Assembly (NCBI GenBank): GCA_964035575.1
Contig: OZ037834.1
Coordinates: 1,612,001-1,676,000 of the forward strand
Reading direction: 5' to 3'
Length of the DNA stretch: 64,000 bases
Origin: Rhynchopus sp. YZ270_cl-10
Taxonomy: Eukaryota
The position numbers were made by a program, and so were the translations under genes. Below are positions 37,201 through 50,123 of this stretch, piece after piece. The notes beneath the pieces are model-generated. The model saw only the letters and a list, made by a program, of their open reading frames with translations. It had not been told where the DNA came from and made no database searches. Numbering within the stretch: position 1 is the first letter of the stretch; each line of letters opens with the position of its first letter.

Positions 37201-37669
37201 CGGGCTTGCCATGGCGAAGGGGCAGTACGCGATTGCGGCAGTGACGCAGATGCTGAAGGACCACGGTGTGAAGGTGCGGTTCTGTGTGCATCCGGTTGCG
37301 GGGCGTATGCCTGGACAGCTGAACGTGCTGCTTGCTGAGGCGAATGTGCCGTATGATGTGGTGCTCGAGATGGAGGAGATCAACGAGGACTTCGCCGACA
37401 CTGATGTCTCGCTTGTGATTGGGGCGAACGACACTATCAACAGTGCGGCGCTTGACGACCCGAACTCTGCCATTGCCGGCATGCCTGTGTGCCACGTCTG
37501 GAAGTCTGCACAGTGCATTGTCATGAAGCGTTCCATGGGTTCTGGATACGCAGGTGTCGACAACCCGGTCTTCTTCAATGACAACACAAAAATGTACTTC
37601 GGAGACGCCAAGAAGAACTGCGAAGCACTCCAGGCAGGAATCTCCAAGCACCTCGGGCTTGATGCCTGA
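34210..37669 (+). CDS. NNT: Mitochondrial NAD(P) transhydrogenase (alpha-beta fused), 2 exons
   Basis: Exons 34210-35634 and 35708-37669 (phase-0 GTATGC..ATAG intron). [39 protein letters not shown] and [18 protein letters not shown] motifs; presequence-like N-terminus. Confidence 0.95.
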
Positions 37670-38447
37670 TGTGATCCACCCAACAGTTTTTTTTTACCTT
37701 AAAACTGCAATTTTTACCTAAAAACCCCAATATTGGGGAAAACATAAAGGCCTGTAGAGGCAAAAACAGTAAGGAGAAAAAAAAAGGTAGAAGTTTTTTA
37801 ACCACTTTGGTAAAACCCCGCAACGTTTTGGAGACAAAAAAAAAAAAAAAGATGGGAATGAGAGAGAGAGGAGAGATCTCTCTCAAACCAAAAAAATTAC
37901 TTAATCCAACGTCCCTACAAAATTTTTTTTACCCCGCTTCCCAAGGGATTTCGCTTTTCTTCAAAAAAAATTTTTTCGAAGATTTTTTGGGTCATATCTT
38001 CACCCTATTCCTACCCCAAAAAAACCCCCCTTCCCGTTTTTTTTTAAATAGAGTGTCTGTGTTCGCCTGGTGTCCAGTCAGGTGTTTGCACTTTCAACTT
38101 TTTTTTGAGGTGACTAAATACCTGCTATTTAGAATCATCTTTACCAAATTTTCTCTCTTTTTTTGTTGGTTGTGATTGAAAATCGAAGAGTGTCATGTGA
38201 AGACTTCAAATATTTTAAAAAAACACGAGAATTTTTTTCTCGTGCAAATAAATTGAGAAGACTTTCAATTATAACAATTGACTTTTGATCACACCATTTG
38301 TGTTACATAAGAAATGATGGCATTTGCCGCTTGTCTTTCTGTTCTTTTGATGACTTATCCTGAAACCCTTCGTCAGGTGACTGAGCAATGAGAGGCTTAG
38401 GTTCATCTAATAAACTTTTCTGTTTTTTTTTTTTTTTTTTGTTCTTC

Positions 38448-39187
38448 CAGGGCGTTCGCTATCGCCATCGTTTTTTCCTGATCGTGGCGAAATGCCAAAA
38501 ACCCCGAAATTTTCGTTTTTTTACTAGTGCTTAAAATAGGTCAAAAAAATTTTCCCGCCGGAGAGAAGTTAGTTCGTGGGTGAATCCCTGGTACTGAATG
38601 GTCAAAAAAAATTTGCGATTTGCGCGTGATCCCTTCCCCAGCACAAGTGATATTACAGCTGAACTTTCCTGATACTAAAACCAGCAAAACGATGAAGAAT
38701 TTCATCAATCCCCCCTCACTGAGGGTCTCTTTGTGTTGTTTAATCAAGCAGATGTACAAGAGAGAGGCATCCGTCATATGAGACTTCATCCTTATTTTGA
38801 TTATTTTCAACTCTCTGCCATTGAAGATAGAGTTGACACGAGCAGTGACACCTTCTATAACAGGGGGTACGGTACACCTTCAGCAGACTGCAGGATTGAG
38901 GAGCGAGCGGGAGTGCTGGGGAAACTTCCTCTCACGGCAGGCGGGTTTACGGATGATTTTGAGTACAGTGGACACCCCTCTGCGACCCCCGGAGGGGTCT
39001 ACAGGGTGGTGGGGAGAAATCTCTCTCTCTCTCTCTCTTTTTTTCCCCCTTTATTTATTTATTTATTTATTTATACAGGGTTTCGCCCCGGTGGGGCGAA
39101 GCCCTGGGGCGAAATAAAACGTCATTTTTTCAGGAAAAAAATTTTTTAACGAAAAAAAATATTTTTCGCCCCGGGGCGAACGCCCTG
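38448..39187. mobile_element. hAT-like non-autonomous element
   Basis: Perfect TIR CAGGGCGTTCGC / GCGAACGCCCTG; perfect 8-bp TSD TGTTCTTC. Confidence 0.85.
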
Positions 39188-41167
39188 TGTTCTTCCTCCT
39201 TTCGTACTTGAAGCTGATGCCTTCAAGTGTACAGCGATTGAGTATAACTAAGTGCCCCCTCTAACGACATTTTTAAGCACCCGTGTAGAATTTTTTCATG
39301 ATTTGCAAAAAAAAAACTAAAACAAAAAAAGGGGATGAAATGGGCTTTCATACAAAAGCTGCTCAAGGGGTTGAGGATTAAGTATTGCCCGCACCTTACG
39401 TAGCACAACAAAGAAAGCGTTTGGGTAAGGTATAGTAGAAGCTCATCCTCGGGTGTGTGCACTAAATACAACCCAAGTTTTCAAAGGGAAAAAAGCCTTC
39501 AAAATCGTATCAATTTTATTTTTTTAAATAAGTAACAACAACAGTCTGTGTTTGCGCTGGTAAACGCCTTCTCCCTATAACCTCACCGAAAGTATCTAAA
39601 CTGATGGGGAGTTAGGGAGAAAGGTTCAGAAAAGAGTCATTTAACTCTTTTCTCGCAATATTCACTTTCACAAGATCAAAATAGTGGAGTGCATCTTCGG
39701 GTGTCTACACTAAAACAACCAAGTTTTCAAATAACAAAAAAAACAAAACAAAAAAAAAAAAACAACACAGAATATCACAGTGAAGACTGTCTATATGACA
39801 GCTGCACTAATCCAATAACTTATCAAAAAGGTTCTTTTTTTTTCCGGCAAAAATACCCCTTAAAAAATTGATTATCTTTTCTCCTCTTTCCGGGGAGGAG
39901 TGTGAGGTTTGACCCCTCCCTCCTCATTTTTTTTCACAGATGTGTGCACAATAGGCATATTCATCTTGCAAGCTTGCTTTCTCTCTTTTTGTTGCCATTT
40001 GTTCAAGATGTATGTGTGCCAAATACACCCAATTTCATGCTAAGTGTCTTGAAATAGGTAACTAAGCACGAGGGGCTTAGTATCATATTACAACACGCTT
40101 TTTCTTTGGGGAGTAGCACATATCAGATGTAAAACCACGAAATGGATTGTAGGATTGCATGGTTGGGGGGTGTCCACCCCCCCCCGGTACAGCCGGTCAT
40201 ACCAAAGGTACACTGTTCACGAGAGGGGCTTTGTATTTCAAACTCTACTTTTCTTTGGGAGATAATGTACACATTTGTGCAATTTAAAAGCAGCATATTT
40301 GCTTATGGCATTCATCTTGCCAACATTTCTGTCGACCATTTCTTTCCACTTCTTCTTCTTCTATTTTTCTCTTTTTTTTTTGACACATGCATTCCATCAC
40401 AAAAACTGTGTCTGCACGGTATCTATTTTACTTCTCTTTTTGAAGAACCCTCTCTTATTCTCTGTGCTCTGGTTCTAAACCCCTTCACTGTTTTTTCAAA
40501 AAAAAAAAAAATATTTGGTAACACACAAGACCTCTGTATGGGGAGGTGCAAAAGCGGGTTCTATTTTCTATTTTCTATTTTTGTGAGGTGCTTTTCAAAA
40601 AGGAAAAAACAGAAGATACCTAAAAAAAAACATGATGTAGATTGTCTGTATGGCAGCTACACTAATGCAACAGATTATTAAAATAAAAATTGCAAATCAC
40701 TGCGTGCAGGCTCAGCTCTTCGGCGGCCTTCACGCTTTTAACCACAACTGTAAGGTTGTGTCGGGCGACAAAAAACAAAATTCGCACATCAGGCTTTCTC
40801 CGGTTGGGTACAATTTAAAAAAAAAATTCCCCCCCCCCCCCTCCCCCCTTTCACACAGCTTCTGAAGAACGCAACAAAACAGAGAAGACCGGATTTCATT
40901 TACCATGCATGCGTCATTCGTTGTTAGTTGCGTTTTCTTCACTCTGTTTTTCCCCTTGCATATGCGTGCTTTATCATTGAAGCACAAAATGCATCTATTT
41001 CCCCCCCCCTCAAAACACACAAGGTAATGAATAAGTAAAATCAAAGGGATGGTAGTTGAGAGGTTCATTCATCTTTCAAATTTTTCTCTATATTTTTTAA
41101 AAAAAAATGCAAGGGAACATTTTTTCGCACCCCTCTTTGCCTTCTTTTCGTTTGAGAAAAGAAAGTA

Positions 41168-41812
41168 CCGGCCGCGTACATATTACGTCGCGTATTTATT
41201 ACGGGGGGTACTTATTACGTCGCGTACTAATTAAGTCGCTTTTTGGGGGCCCGCGGGCGCCCAAAAAGCGACGTAATTAGTACACACCGTAAGGTGAAAA
41301 AGAAAGTGGGGGTAATCATGTTGGAACACAGCTGGTGTGGGTACATTACTGGGGGGATACCACCAAACCCACACAATCCCGAGGGCCATCGCAGATCGTG
41401 TGAACGAGGAGGAGAACAAACCCAACACGCGGCGCGTGTACACGGCACAGGTAAGGTGGAAATCGGTGAGAACTCTGCCACAGTGCGTCTAGTACCTCCG
41501 TATGCGCAAGAGGAGGGAAGTGCCAATGGAGTTCCTCTAATCCGCAATCTGAGCTATTCATTCATATTTCAACAAATATTAAAAAACGTTTGCATGTTGC
41601 AATCTCTTCCCAATGTAACCTTATAAATTTCCGAGGGCCAACACACAACACCAAGAGAAATGCCAGACACCCTTCCCACTCACCTTGTACGTAGGTTTTG
41701 TTTTTCTTCAAAAGATTAATTACGTCGCACACTTATTACGTCGCGTACTAATTAAGTCGGCATTTGCCCTAACCGACTTAATTAGTACGCGACGTAATAT
41801 GTACGCGGCCGG
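41168..41812. mobile_element. MITE with TA TSD
   Basis: TA|CCGGCCGCGTACATATTACGTCGCGTA ... TACGCGACGTAATATGTACGCGGCCGG|TA; subterminal ATTACGTCGCGTACTAATTAAGTCG repeats. Confidence 0.88.
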
Positions 41813-41904
41813 TATATGAAATAAATTTTCTCTATATTTTGTTGTCCATTCTCCTCCCTACCCCTACCTTTTTTTGATTTTTTTTTTTAAACGGAACGAA
41901 CTAC

Positions 41905-42520
41905 CAGGGTCCTAGCTTGGTTTTGGAAAAAAATGCCAAATCTGGGTCAGAATTTTTTTTTTGGGTCAGCAGAGGTTTTGGGCCTTGGGGGGCTTGTCTT
42001 GGCTTTTTTGGGTTTTCCGAGCTCTACCCTCACTGTGGTGGGGTCATTTCAGAAAAATGGACAAGTTCTTGACTGATACAAATTTTGGCCACTACGACTA
42101 GTGAGTTGCTCACAACGTTAAGTGGAACGCTACTATAACCATAAAAATCACTCCCCGTTCATAGATCACCAACACAAAATATATAAAATGGCGCCGCAGG
42201 CGAAAAAAATTAGGGTACGGTGTAAAAATGTAGCTTTTTACACCACAGAGTCACTCTACGAACCCTTTTTTGCGGAGCAAAAAAGGAAAAATGGCGCCGC
42301 AGGCAAAAAAAATTGGGTCCAGCCCTGGACGGTGCCGGATTTTTTTGTCGATATTTTTTTTCTTACCCCAGAAAAGGTGGTGGGCCCCCCCAAAGAGGGG
42401 AAAAAATCAGAATTTCCCAATTTCCAAATTAATTAATTCCCTTTTTTTTTTTTTTTCGTGGGTCGCGACCCAGGCACTTGGGTCAGCTTGACCCACTGAC
42501 CCAGGCAAGCTAGGACTCTG
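41905..42520. mobile_element. hAT-like non-autonomous element (same family as 28594-29338)
   Basis: TIRs CAGGGTCCTAGCTTGG / GCAAGCTAGGACTCTG; flanking direct repeat GAACTAC (7 bp). Confidence 0.82.
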
Positions 42521-42855
42521 GAACTACACAAAAAAATAAGACAAAAAGGAGCCGGATTTTGGAGGCAAAATTATGCTCCCTTTTACAAAAAAGAGGAAAG
42601 TATTTGAAAGATTGCGATGTGCACCTCCCTTTTTTTTTAGTGAGGCTCATCCGTCTTTTCAAGCCTTTTCCTTTTTCTCTTTTTTTTTTTTTTCTTTTTT
42701 TTTTTCTGAGCACGGTGGCCCATTCCTACCCTTAGGGTAGGGTCCGCGGGGGGTACCCCATGGGGTACCCCCCAGACTACCCCATGGGGTACCCCCCAGA
42801 CTACCCCCGGGGGTACCCCCTGGGGTACCCCGCGCGGACCCTGACTGGCACTGGG

Positions 42856-43197
42856 GGTACACAGGTACACAGGTACACAGGTACACAGGTACACAGGTAC
42901 ACAGGTACACAGGTACACAGGTACACAGGTACACAGGTACACAGGTACACAGGTACACAGGTACACAGGTACACAGGTACACAGGTACACAGGTACACAG
43001 GTACACAGGTACACAGGTACACAGGTACACAGGTACACAGGTACACAGGTACACAGGTACACAGGTACACAGGTACACAGGTACACAGGTACACAGGTAC
43101 ACAGGTACACAGGTACACAGGTACACAGGTACACAGGTACACAGGTACACAGGTACACAGGTACACAGGTACACAGGTACACAGGTACACAGGTACA
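42856..43197 (+). repeat. (GGTACACA)n perfect tandem array, ~42 copies
   Basis: Directly visible 8-nt tandem repeat. Confidence 0.97.
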
Positions 43198-46100
43198 GCC
43201 AGAGTGCCAGAGTCAAGGGTCCGCGCGGGGTCCGCCCCCCGATGACATAACGAAATATCGCTTGAAAATACCGTTCAATATATGTTGCTTGGTGTGCATG
43301 AAGAAGGACACACAAGGTATATCAAACGATAAATCAATCAGATAAACGTTACATCATCGGAAAATTGTTGGCACCGCCCCCCTGTCTTCGTATTTATTAC
43401 CCCGTCGACAGGCCAAACAGCGTTGGGCTCAGAAGAAGCAGTGCAAGACAGTCACTGGGGATCAACATGAGAACCAACTCCCAACAACACAGGCTACCGA
43501 AGTAGCAGGTGGGGTGTTGCGGGTGTTTGGGGTGAGAAAATCGATTTTGGTAAGTTGCAGCAGAACATTCTTAAGTTCGCACTAGTCGAGAGAGGCTTAC
43601 CCGCTGCAGTGAAGCAGTGCACCCATTTAAGGGTGGAGAAGCGTGACACGCACATACAAGTATGTACGTTACTTCAACAAAGGCTGAATTCTGGTAATTC
43701 TAAGGGATGTGAATTCAGCCACCACGCAGGTAGTGTTTTAAGGTTCCTCGCTTTGTGCTGCACAGCGGACTCATGACACAAAGGAGTTGCCCCCGCTCTC
43801 TTTCGCGCAAACTTAAGAAAATTCTGAAGTAACTACAACCTGGCGTGCGGGTACAGATGGATTGCTTTGTTCTTTCCTCAAAGTCATTTCTGATCTCTCG
43901 GGTCTGTACTACCGTCAGTGTTTAGATAAGCATCCACTTGACTCGTTCTAACAACCGTTGAAATCTAGAACAAAACAATACACTGCCCCTTCTCACACCA
44001 AGCCGCCATGCTTCAAGAGCATGCCCTGGGCAAAAAATACTGTGACAAAAATTGGTTTTCTGGGGGAACGCGATATTTTCTTGTGCCTACTGTAGTCCTC
44101 CGCAAGAGCAGAGGACAGACTTTCCGGATCCCGAAGTCGAATTTTTTGCACTAGCTATGCTCCCTGGGTTAATGGCTATAGCAGTGACTGACTAAGAGTT
44201 TCATAATAATTGGGGCGGTCTATGGGGTGGGTTAATGGAAAAATTGGTTTAAAAACCCAACTTTTGCGGTCCCCACCCGGTTTGCAATAATTGCACCAGC
44301 TCTATCGGCACTGTTTCGCTGTCACGATGAAGGGTCGTCGGTTCGGGTACCTGTTGAGAGAAATTGAGTGCAAAAGTAGAGACTACAACAAAAAAAATCA
44401 AACAAACAAACAAGAAGCCGCTCCGTACCTCTTCCATGCAAAAAAGAAAGTAAAAGACTGCCCTTCCTCAGTCCGGAAGTAGCACCTCATCCGGTTCCCT
44501 GACGTAAAAGAGTTGTAGAGGTTACGAGATGCCATGATAAAAAAGTAAAAGTGACAATTTTGACAATAAAAATATGCTTCGATTTACATCCGAGCGGGAC
44601 AAAGGCGAAAAGGGGGAGCGGGGGTGTAAAAACCGGGGCTTAAAAACATACCTTGCAGCACTCGCTCGGCCTACTCTCCAGGTACGAGAACATCACTGCA
44701 CGAACAATCCCACTGATACTGATACCTGCATTCTATTTGTTGCCACATGGTAAAAATGACCAAAACTTCGACCAATTTTTTTTTTCTTCACAATTTGCTC
44801 ATTGAGGCTTTGTATTTTTTGGGCCATTTATGACCTACCACGCCCGATTTTGGGCGAGAAGAAAAAAAAATTTGGGTCAAAAATCGACGCGTCTTTGGTA
44901 AAATCACGACTTTTCGGGCGCGAAACTACGTTTTAGACCCCCACAGATGCTCAAAAGTGCCAAATTTTGCTTTTAATGGCCTCAAAGGATCACGGGAGCA
45001 CCCCTCGTAATTACGAGGGCTCCCCACGCCGTGACGTCGTCATTGCGCGCGTAATTTCCGACGTATGCGGGCGTGGTTGGTCATAAAATGGCCCAAAAAC
45101 CCCAAACAAAACCTCAGATTGACCAAATCGAGGAAAAATTGTCAAGTCGAAATTTCAGCCAAAATACGGTCATTTTGGTTATACCCCGCGGTGTATGCAG
45201 TAGCTAGAACACGTACACAGCTAAGTTCCTAAGCGATTTCCTTCACATTTTTCATGAAAAATTGGTCAAAAATCGACTTGTCTTTGGTAAAAAAACCACG
45301 AAAAATCGGCTGCGCAAAACCACGTTTTAGACCCCCACAGATGCTCAAAAGTGCCAAATTTTGCTTTTAATGGCCTCAAATCGTCGAAATTAGGCCTATA
45401 TAGGGCAAAAAAAAATTTTTGAGAGTCCCTTTCCCTGGGAGGCAATAGCCACCGGGTGTGCAGGGGGTACCCCGGGGGGTACCCCCCAGGGTCCGCGGGG
45501 GTACCCCATGCACGGCGGGGTCCACACACCCGAGGGTCCGTAAATTTTACGGACCCTCTTTACGGACCCTCAAGTGCGGACCCGGGTCCGTAATTACGTA
45601 CCCTAGGGTCCGTAATTACGGACCCTAGGGTACGTAATTACGTGGTCTAAGGTGGGAAATCACTGTTTGGATGTGTGACTGCTGGTCGAAAAGCCCTGGG
45701 AGCAAACCGAGTGGTACACAGGTACCACATGATAGACCATGATCATGTGGGCCTATCCCAAGTTACATACCGAAAAAAGTCGTGAGCTCGGTTAGTTGTC
45801 AAAGACGTCTTCCACCATGCACTGAGGAGATAATGATCCAACAATTTACAAGAAAGATTACTTAACCTACTGCTGGAAATTGCCAGGTCGTAGTAACACA
45901 CAAAGTGTGCCTCCGTTCGGGAAGACCGGATATTCTAGAGACCAAAAAGGCCTCAAGAATATCTTCCGGTAGTCAAGGTATAACCGAGTGAACGGCCCAA
46001 GACCCCCGTGGAGAAGTTAAATGTTGTAATGCTATCAAGTAGAAACTGCGAACACTGTCTTACCCTCCTCAATACATGGTGGAATATTTCTTTGACAACA

Positions 46101-47607
46101 AACCGAGCTCAAGAGTTTTTAAACTTCCCTGAGGGAATGCGAGACGCAAAATTTACCACCAGACCCTGTCTTCGTGCACCTTCGGTGCAACGCTGCAGAC
46201 AGGCCAAACTGCGTTGGACTCAGAGGAATGCCTGCTGTGCAGTGTATCAATGAGAACCAAGTCCCAGCAACAAGGGGCGCCTTTTGGCGGGCGTTGTTGA
46301 GGGTGTTTGGGGTGCAAAGTTTTCCACAATTTTGATGCGCGGGTACAGAAGTGTTGTCTTGTTCTTTCATCTTTAGGAATGTAAATGTCAATCGCGTTTA
46401 ACTACCACTAGGGCTTGTTCAGTGAACCCACGAGGGGTCGAAGGGGGTTGGTTATCCCATAGCTATCAAAGGTTGTGTCGACCAGGCTAATCCACTATGT
46501 TACGCTGTACGTTGTTAAATCCGAAGAAATAACACTTTAGCAGCCGCAGGAAGTTTGTTAAAAAGAGTGCCTCACGCTACACAAACCACCACCCGCGATT
46601 GACTTAGATGTTATAACAAAGAGAATTCAGAACAAAACAACACCCTGCCCCATACACACTAAATTGTCATGCTTCAAGAGCATGCCTGGGCCAAAATTAC
46701 TGTTGACCAAAAAGGCAACAAGACCACCCACAAGGAGTGTGAATTGTGCACTGGTTTTCTGGGGGAACGCAATATTTTCTTGTGTCTAGTCCTCCGCAAG
46801 CAGAGGACAGACTTTCCGGAAGGTTTCCAAAGTCGAATTTCTTGCACTAGCTATGCTCCCTTGGTTAATGGCTATAGCAGTGACTGACTAAGTGTACCCA
46901 CCCCCCTCCACCCAGATCTTCGTCCGCAAACTCAGAATAGATTGATGCGGGTAGATTTTGAGTTGTTGAATGTCGGACCGCGGTGAAGCTTCTCATCGCA
47001 ATCGCGGGTGCAGTTCAGACTTCACGATCCTGTATAAGTGTAAATGTGGGGTGTGATTAAGTTATGGTATACAAACGTAGTAGTCGGGAAAGGTGAGGTT
47101 AATAAAAAAGGCTATTTATTGCCGTGAAATAAGATAGATTTTTTCCACGCTACAGGTCGAGAGAGTGACCTGCTGCACAAATGGTTCGAGTGAAGCGAGG
47201 TGAATTATGTGAAGCAGGTAACGAGCGCCTGTGGAACCAAATAGAAACGTAACACTCATCACACGATAAAACCCATGGGAGAGGTTGTGGTGAAACGCAC
47301 ACACCTCGACCTGAGGAGTGGCTCTGCAGCGCGGTTCGTCCCCAGAACCGCAAGTGTGTTCAAAATGCTTTGTTTCTATTTCCTCCTTCATGTCATGAGG
47401 TGACACAAAATGATTGGTGCGTAAAAAAATAGCTATTTAATAGTGTGAACATTACGCGTTTATTTCGAGTTGAAAACACGAACAAGTTGAAATATGCGGC
47501 ATTTTTTTGTTCAATCTTCACTAGTAACTGAAAGTTAAACATAATTACATACCTTGTCTTCCCCGTAACCTGCGCCTTCGCTGCTTTTAAGGTGCTTTCT
47601 CTGGGTG

Positions 47608-47729
47608 CCCAGTACCCAGTACCCAGTACCCAGTACCCAGTACCCAGTACCCAGTACCCAGTACCCAGTACCCAGTACCCAGTACCCAGTACCCAGTCAC
47701 AGGTACACAGATACACAGGTACACAGGTA
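47608..47729 (+). repeat. (CCCAGTA)n array, ~13 copies, followed by a few GGTACACA units
   Basis: Directly visible 7-nt tandem repeat at 47608-47697, then CACAGGTACACAG... Confidence 0.95.
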
Positions 47730-50123
47730 AAACCCGTTAAAATTGTGTGTGAAAGTTAAAAATAGCTATATTTGCATTTCATTGAGGACACATAGGCCCA
47801 CCAAGGGCAATTTTGTGATGTCAAAAAAATTTTTTTTCGGCCCAAAAATTGACTTGTTTTCGGTAAAACCCACTAAAAATTGTGGTACTCTAAACTGCGT
47901 TTTAGACCCCCACAGATGCTCAAAAGTGCCAAATTTTGCTTTTAATGGCCTCAAATCGTCGAAATTAGCCCTAAACGGGGGCAAAAAAAAATTTTCGAGA
48001 GTCCCTTTCCCTGGGAGGCTCCGTAATTACGTACCCTAGGGTCCGTAATTACGGACCCTAGGGTCCGTAATTACGGACCCTAGGGTACGTAATTACGTAC
48101 CCTAGGGTACGTAATGACACTCCGTAAAGAGGGAGTGTCCTAACATGCCGTTTTACGGACCCTCGGGGTGTGCGGACCCCGCCGTGTGGGGTACCCCCGC
48201 GGACCCTGAGGGGTACCCCATGGGGTACCCCCGCGGACCCTGGGGGGTACCCCTCGGGGTACCCCAAACCCCCCAAAGGGTACCCCGCGCGGACCCTACC
48301 CAACCCTGTGGGGTACCCCCTGGGGTAGCCCACGCGAGGGGGTACCCCCCGCGGACCCTACCCTGCGGGGTACCCCTTTTGGGGGTACCCCCGGGGGTAC
48401 CCCCAAAAGGGTCTGCTGGGCCACCGTGAGAGCAGATACCCCGTCTTTGCTTCTCGATAGAATGCCTGTTTACATATTTTTGTTTATTTTTTTTCTTTTG
48501 TGATTTTTATGGGAATATTTGTATTGATCTCCCTCCTCCTATGCTATCAATTCATTGATTGCATATGTGAAATGCTTTTTTTGTTTTTGGGTACATTTAG
48601 TGTACCCTATTATACCATTTATTCAGTAGAATAGTTAGTATATGAAACAAGTTTTTTCTCCCAAATGGTAGTTTAATACTTTTAGGTTTAGGTACATTCC
48701 AAACCTTCCTCCTTCCCCCCCATCCCAATTGAGACGGTGCATGTGTCCACTGCTGGACATACTATCACCCATACCCCCCTTTTGTTAGTGGTTTGCCTCT
48801 CTCTACTGCAGCAGAGACGTTAGCACTTTTCAACTTCTTTTTGTTTTTTGCCGTTCATCCCCCCCCATCCCCTTCCTTGCCTTTGCACACGATGGTGAGG
48901 TAAATGATTTGACTTATGGTTTTGTGGTTTCACCTTTGGTTGAAATGAAGTAAAAACCTCAAATTATGTACTTCACCATCGTACACGATTCGAGTGCAAC
49001 CGCCGTGCATCGTTTCAGTATGTTTGATACGTAGCTTTGAACCCGAGAAGTTTGTGTTCTTTTCTTATTCTGTTTTTGCACACTGTGAAAAAAAAAGGCT
49101 TCGGCCAATATTGAGTACGGACCCGAATTCTCCCACCTGGTGGGGTTACTCGGCGATTGTCGATACAACAAACAAAAAAAAACACTCCTTTCTTTGGTGT
49201 CTTCGCTGATAGAGGGGGGAAAAGAAGGGCAATGTGTTGCCTTGTGGTATATTATGAACTTTTCTTTTAGTTAGAGTGCATCTCCTGGCGAGGGCGTTTT
49301 CTACACTTTTCAACTTTTTTTTTTGGATTTTTTTTTATTCATCTCTTTGCGACAGTTCATTGTATTTATAAACAAAACAAGGGGCGCGGTGTGTAGGTCC
49401 CCTCCTCATTTATCCTCCCTCATTTTTTTAAATTTTTTTTTGAAAAACTTTATGACCTCTTTGTGTGGCGTACTTTCATTGCGGAATAACGTCCTTTTTT
49501 TCTTCTTTTTTTTACAATCCCTTTTTTGTGTCATTTTTTTTGAAGTATCGGGTGGATGTAAGGTAATGTACCTGTCGTCTGTAGAGTTCAACCTTCAACG
49601 TTACTTTTTTAAAAAGTATTTGATTTTTTTGTGTTTTTTCATCCAGGGCTGGCAGAGCTGGTAAGTCGGGGGTGTCTGCATCAATAACTGCCATTTTTTT
49701 TTTTTTTGTAAATTTCTGTTGTGCTTTTCTCATTCTTTGAAATGGAAAGTAAAAAATGAAATTAGTTATTCCTGTAGATGCTTCAAAGCACAGAAACACC
49801 ACACAACGTAATCCCACGAACGTACTAAAAAGATCCTTTTTTATAAAAAGGATTTATTACTCCCATCTAAAAGACTAGAAACACTTGTTACACAAGCATT
49901 TTCTAGAATTTAGGAGGCTCCACAAAGAGCATAGACCAAGTTTTCCTTTTTTTACAACGTTATCTCCCCCCCTCCCCCTCTCCCACCTCCCCCTCCCCTT
50001 CCCCTTCCCCTTCCCCTTCCCAGACGCACGTACCAAGAAACAACGTCGGATTTAACAAACTTTACAAATTTTTTTTTAAAATTTTTTTCTCTTCCCCTTC
50101 CCTTCCTCCCTTTAACGTTTTTA

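Larger units (their letters stand above)
42711..48428. mobile_element. 5.7 kb non-autonomous CAC-ended TIR element (CMC superfamily-like) with internal duplication and satellites
   Basis: TIR CACGGTGGCCCA / TGGGCCACCGTG; flanks (TG)AG | AG(AG); GGGGTACCCC/GCGGACCC subterminal arrays at both ends; no transposase ORF seen. Confidence 0.75.

Noticed and set aside
42637..43315. ORFs with YLCTCVPV / GTQVHRYT repeats
   Set aside because: Translations of the (GGTACACA)n satellite.
47608..47697. Possible interstitial telomeric repeat
   Set aside because: The unit TACTGGG is not TTAGGG and lies within a TIR element next to related GTAC repeats.
15436..49316. Hairpin families read as CRISPR repeats or integron attC sites (GTT.../...AAC ends)
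   Set aside because: Dispersed rather than regularly spaced; no cas or integrase gene; not bounding gene cassettes.
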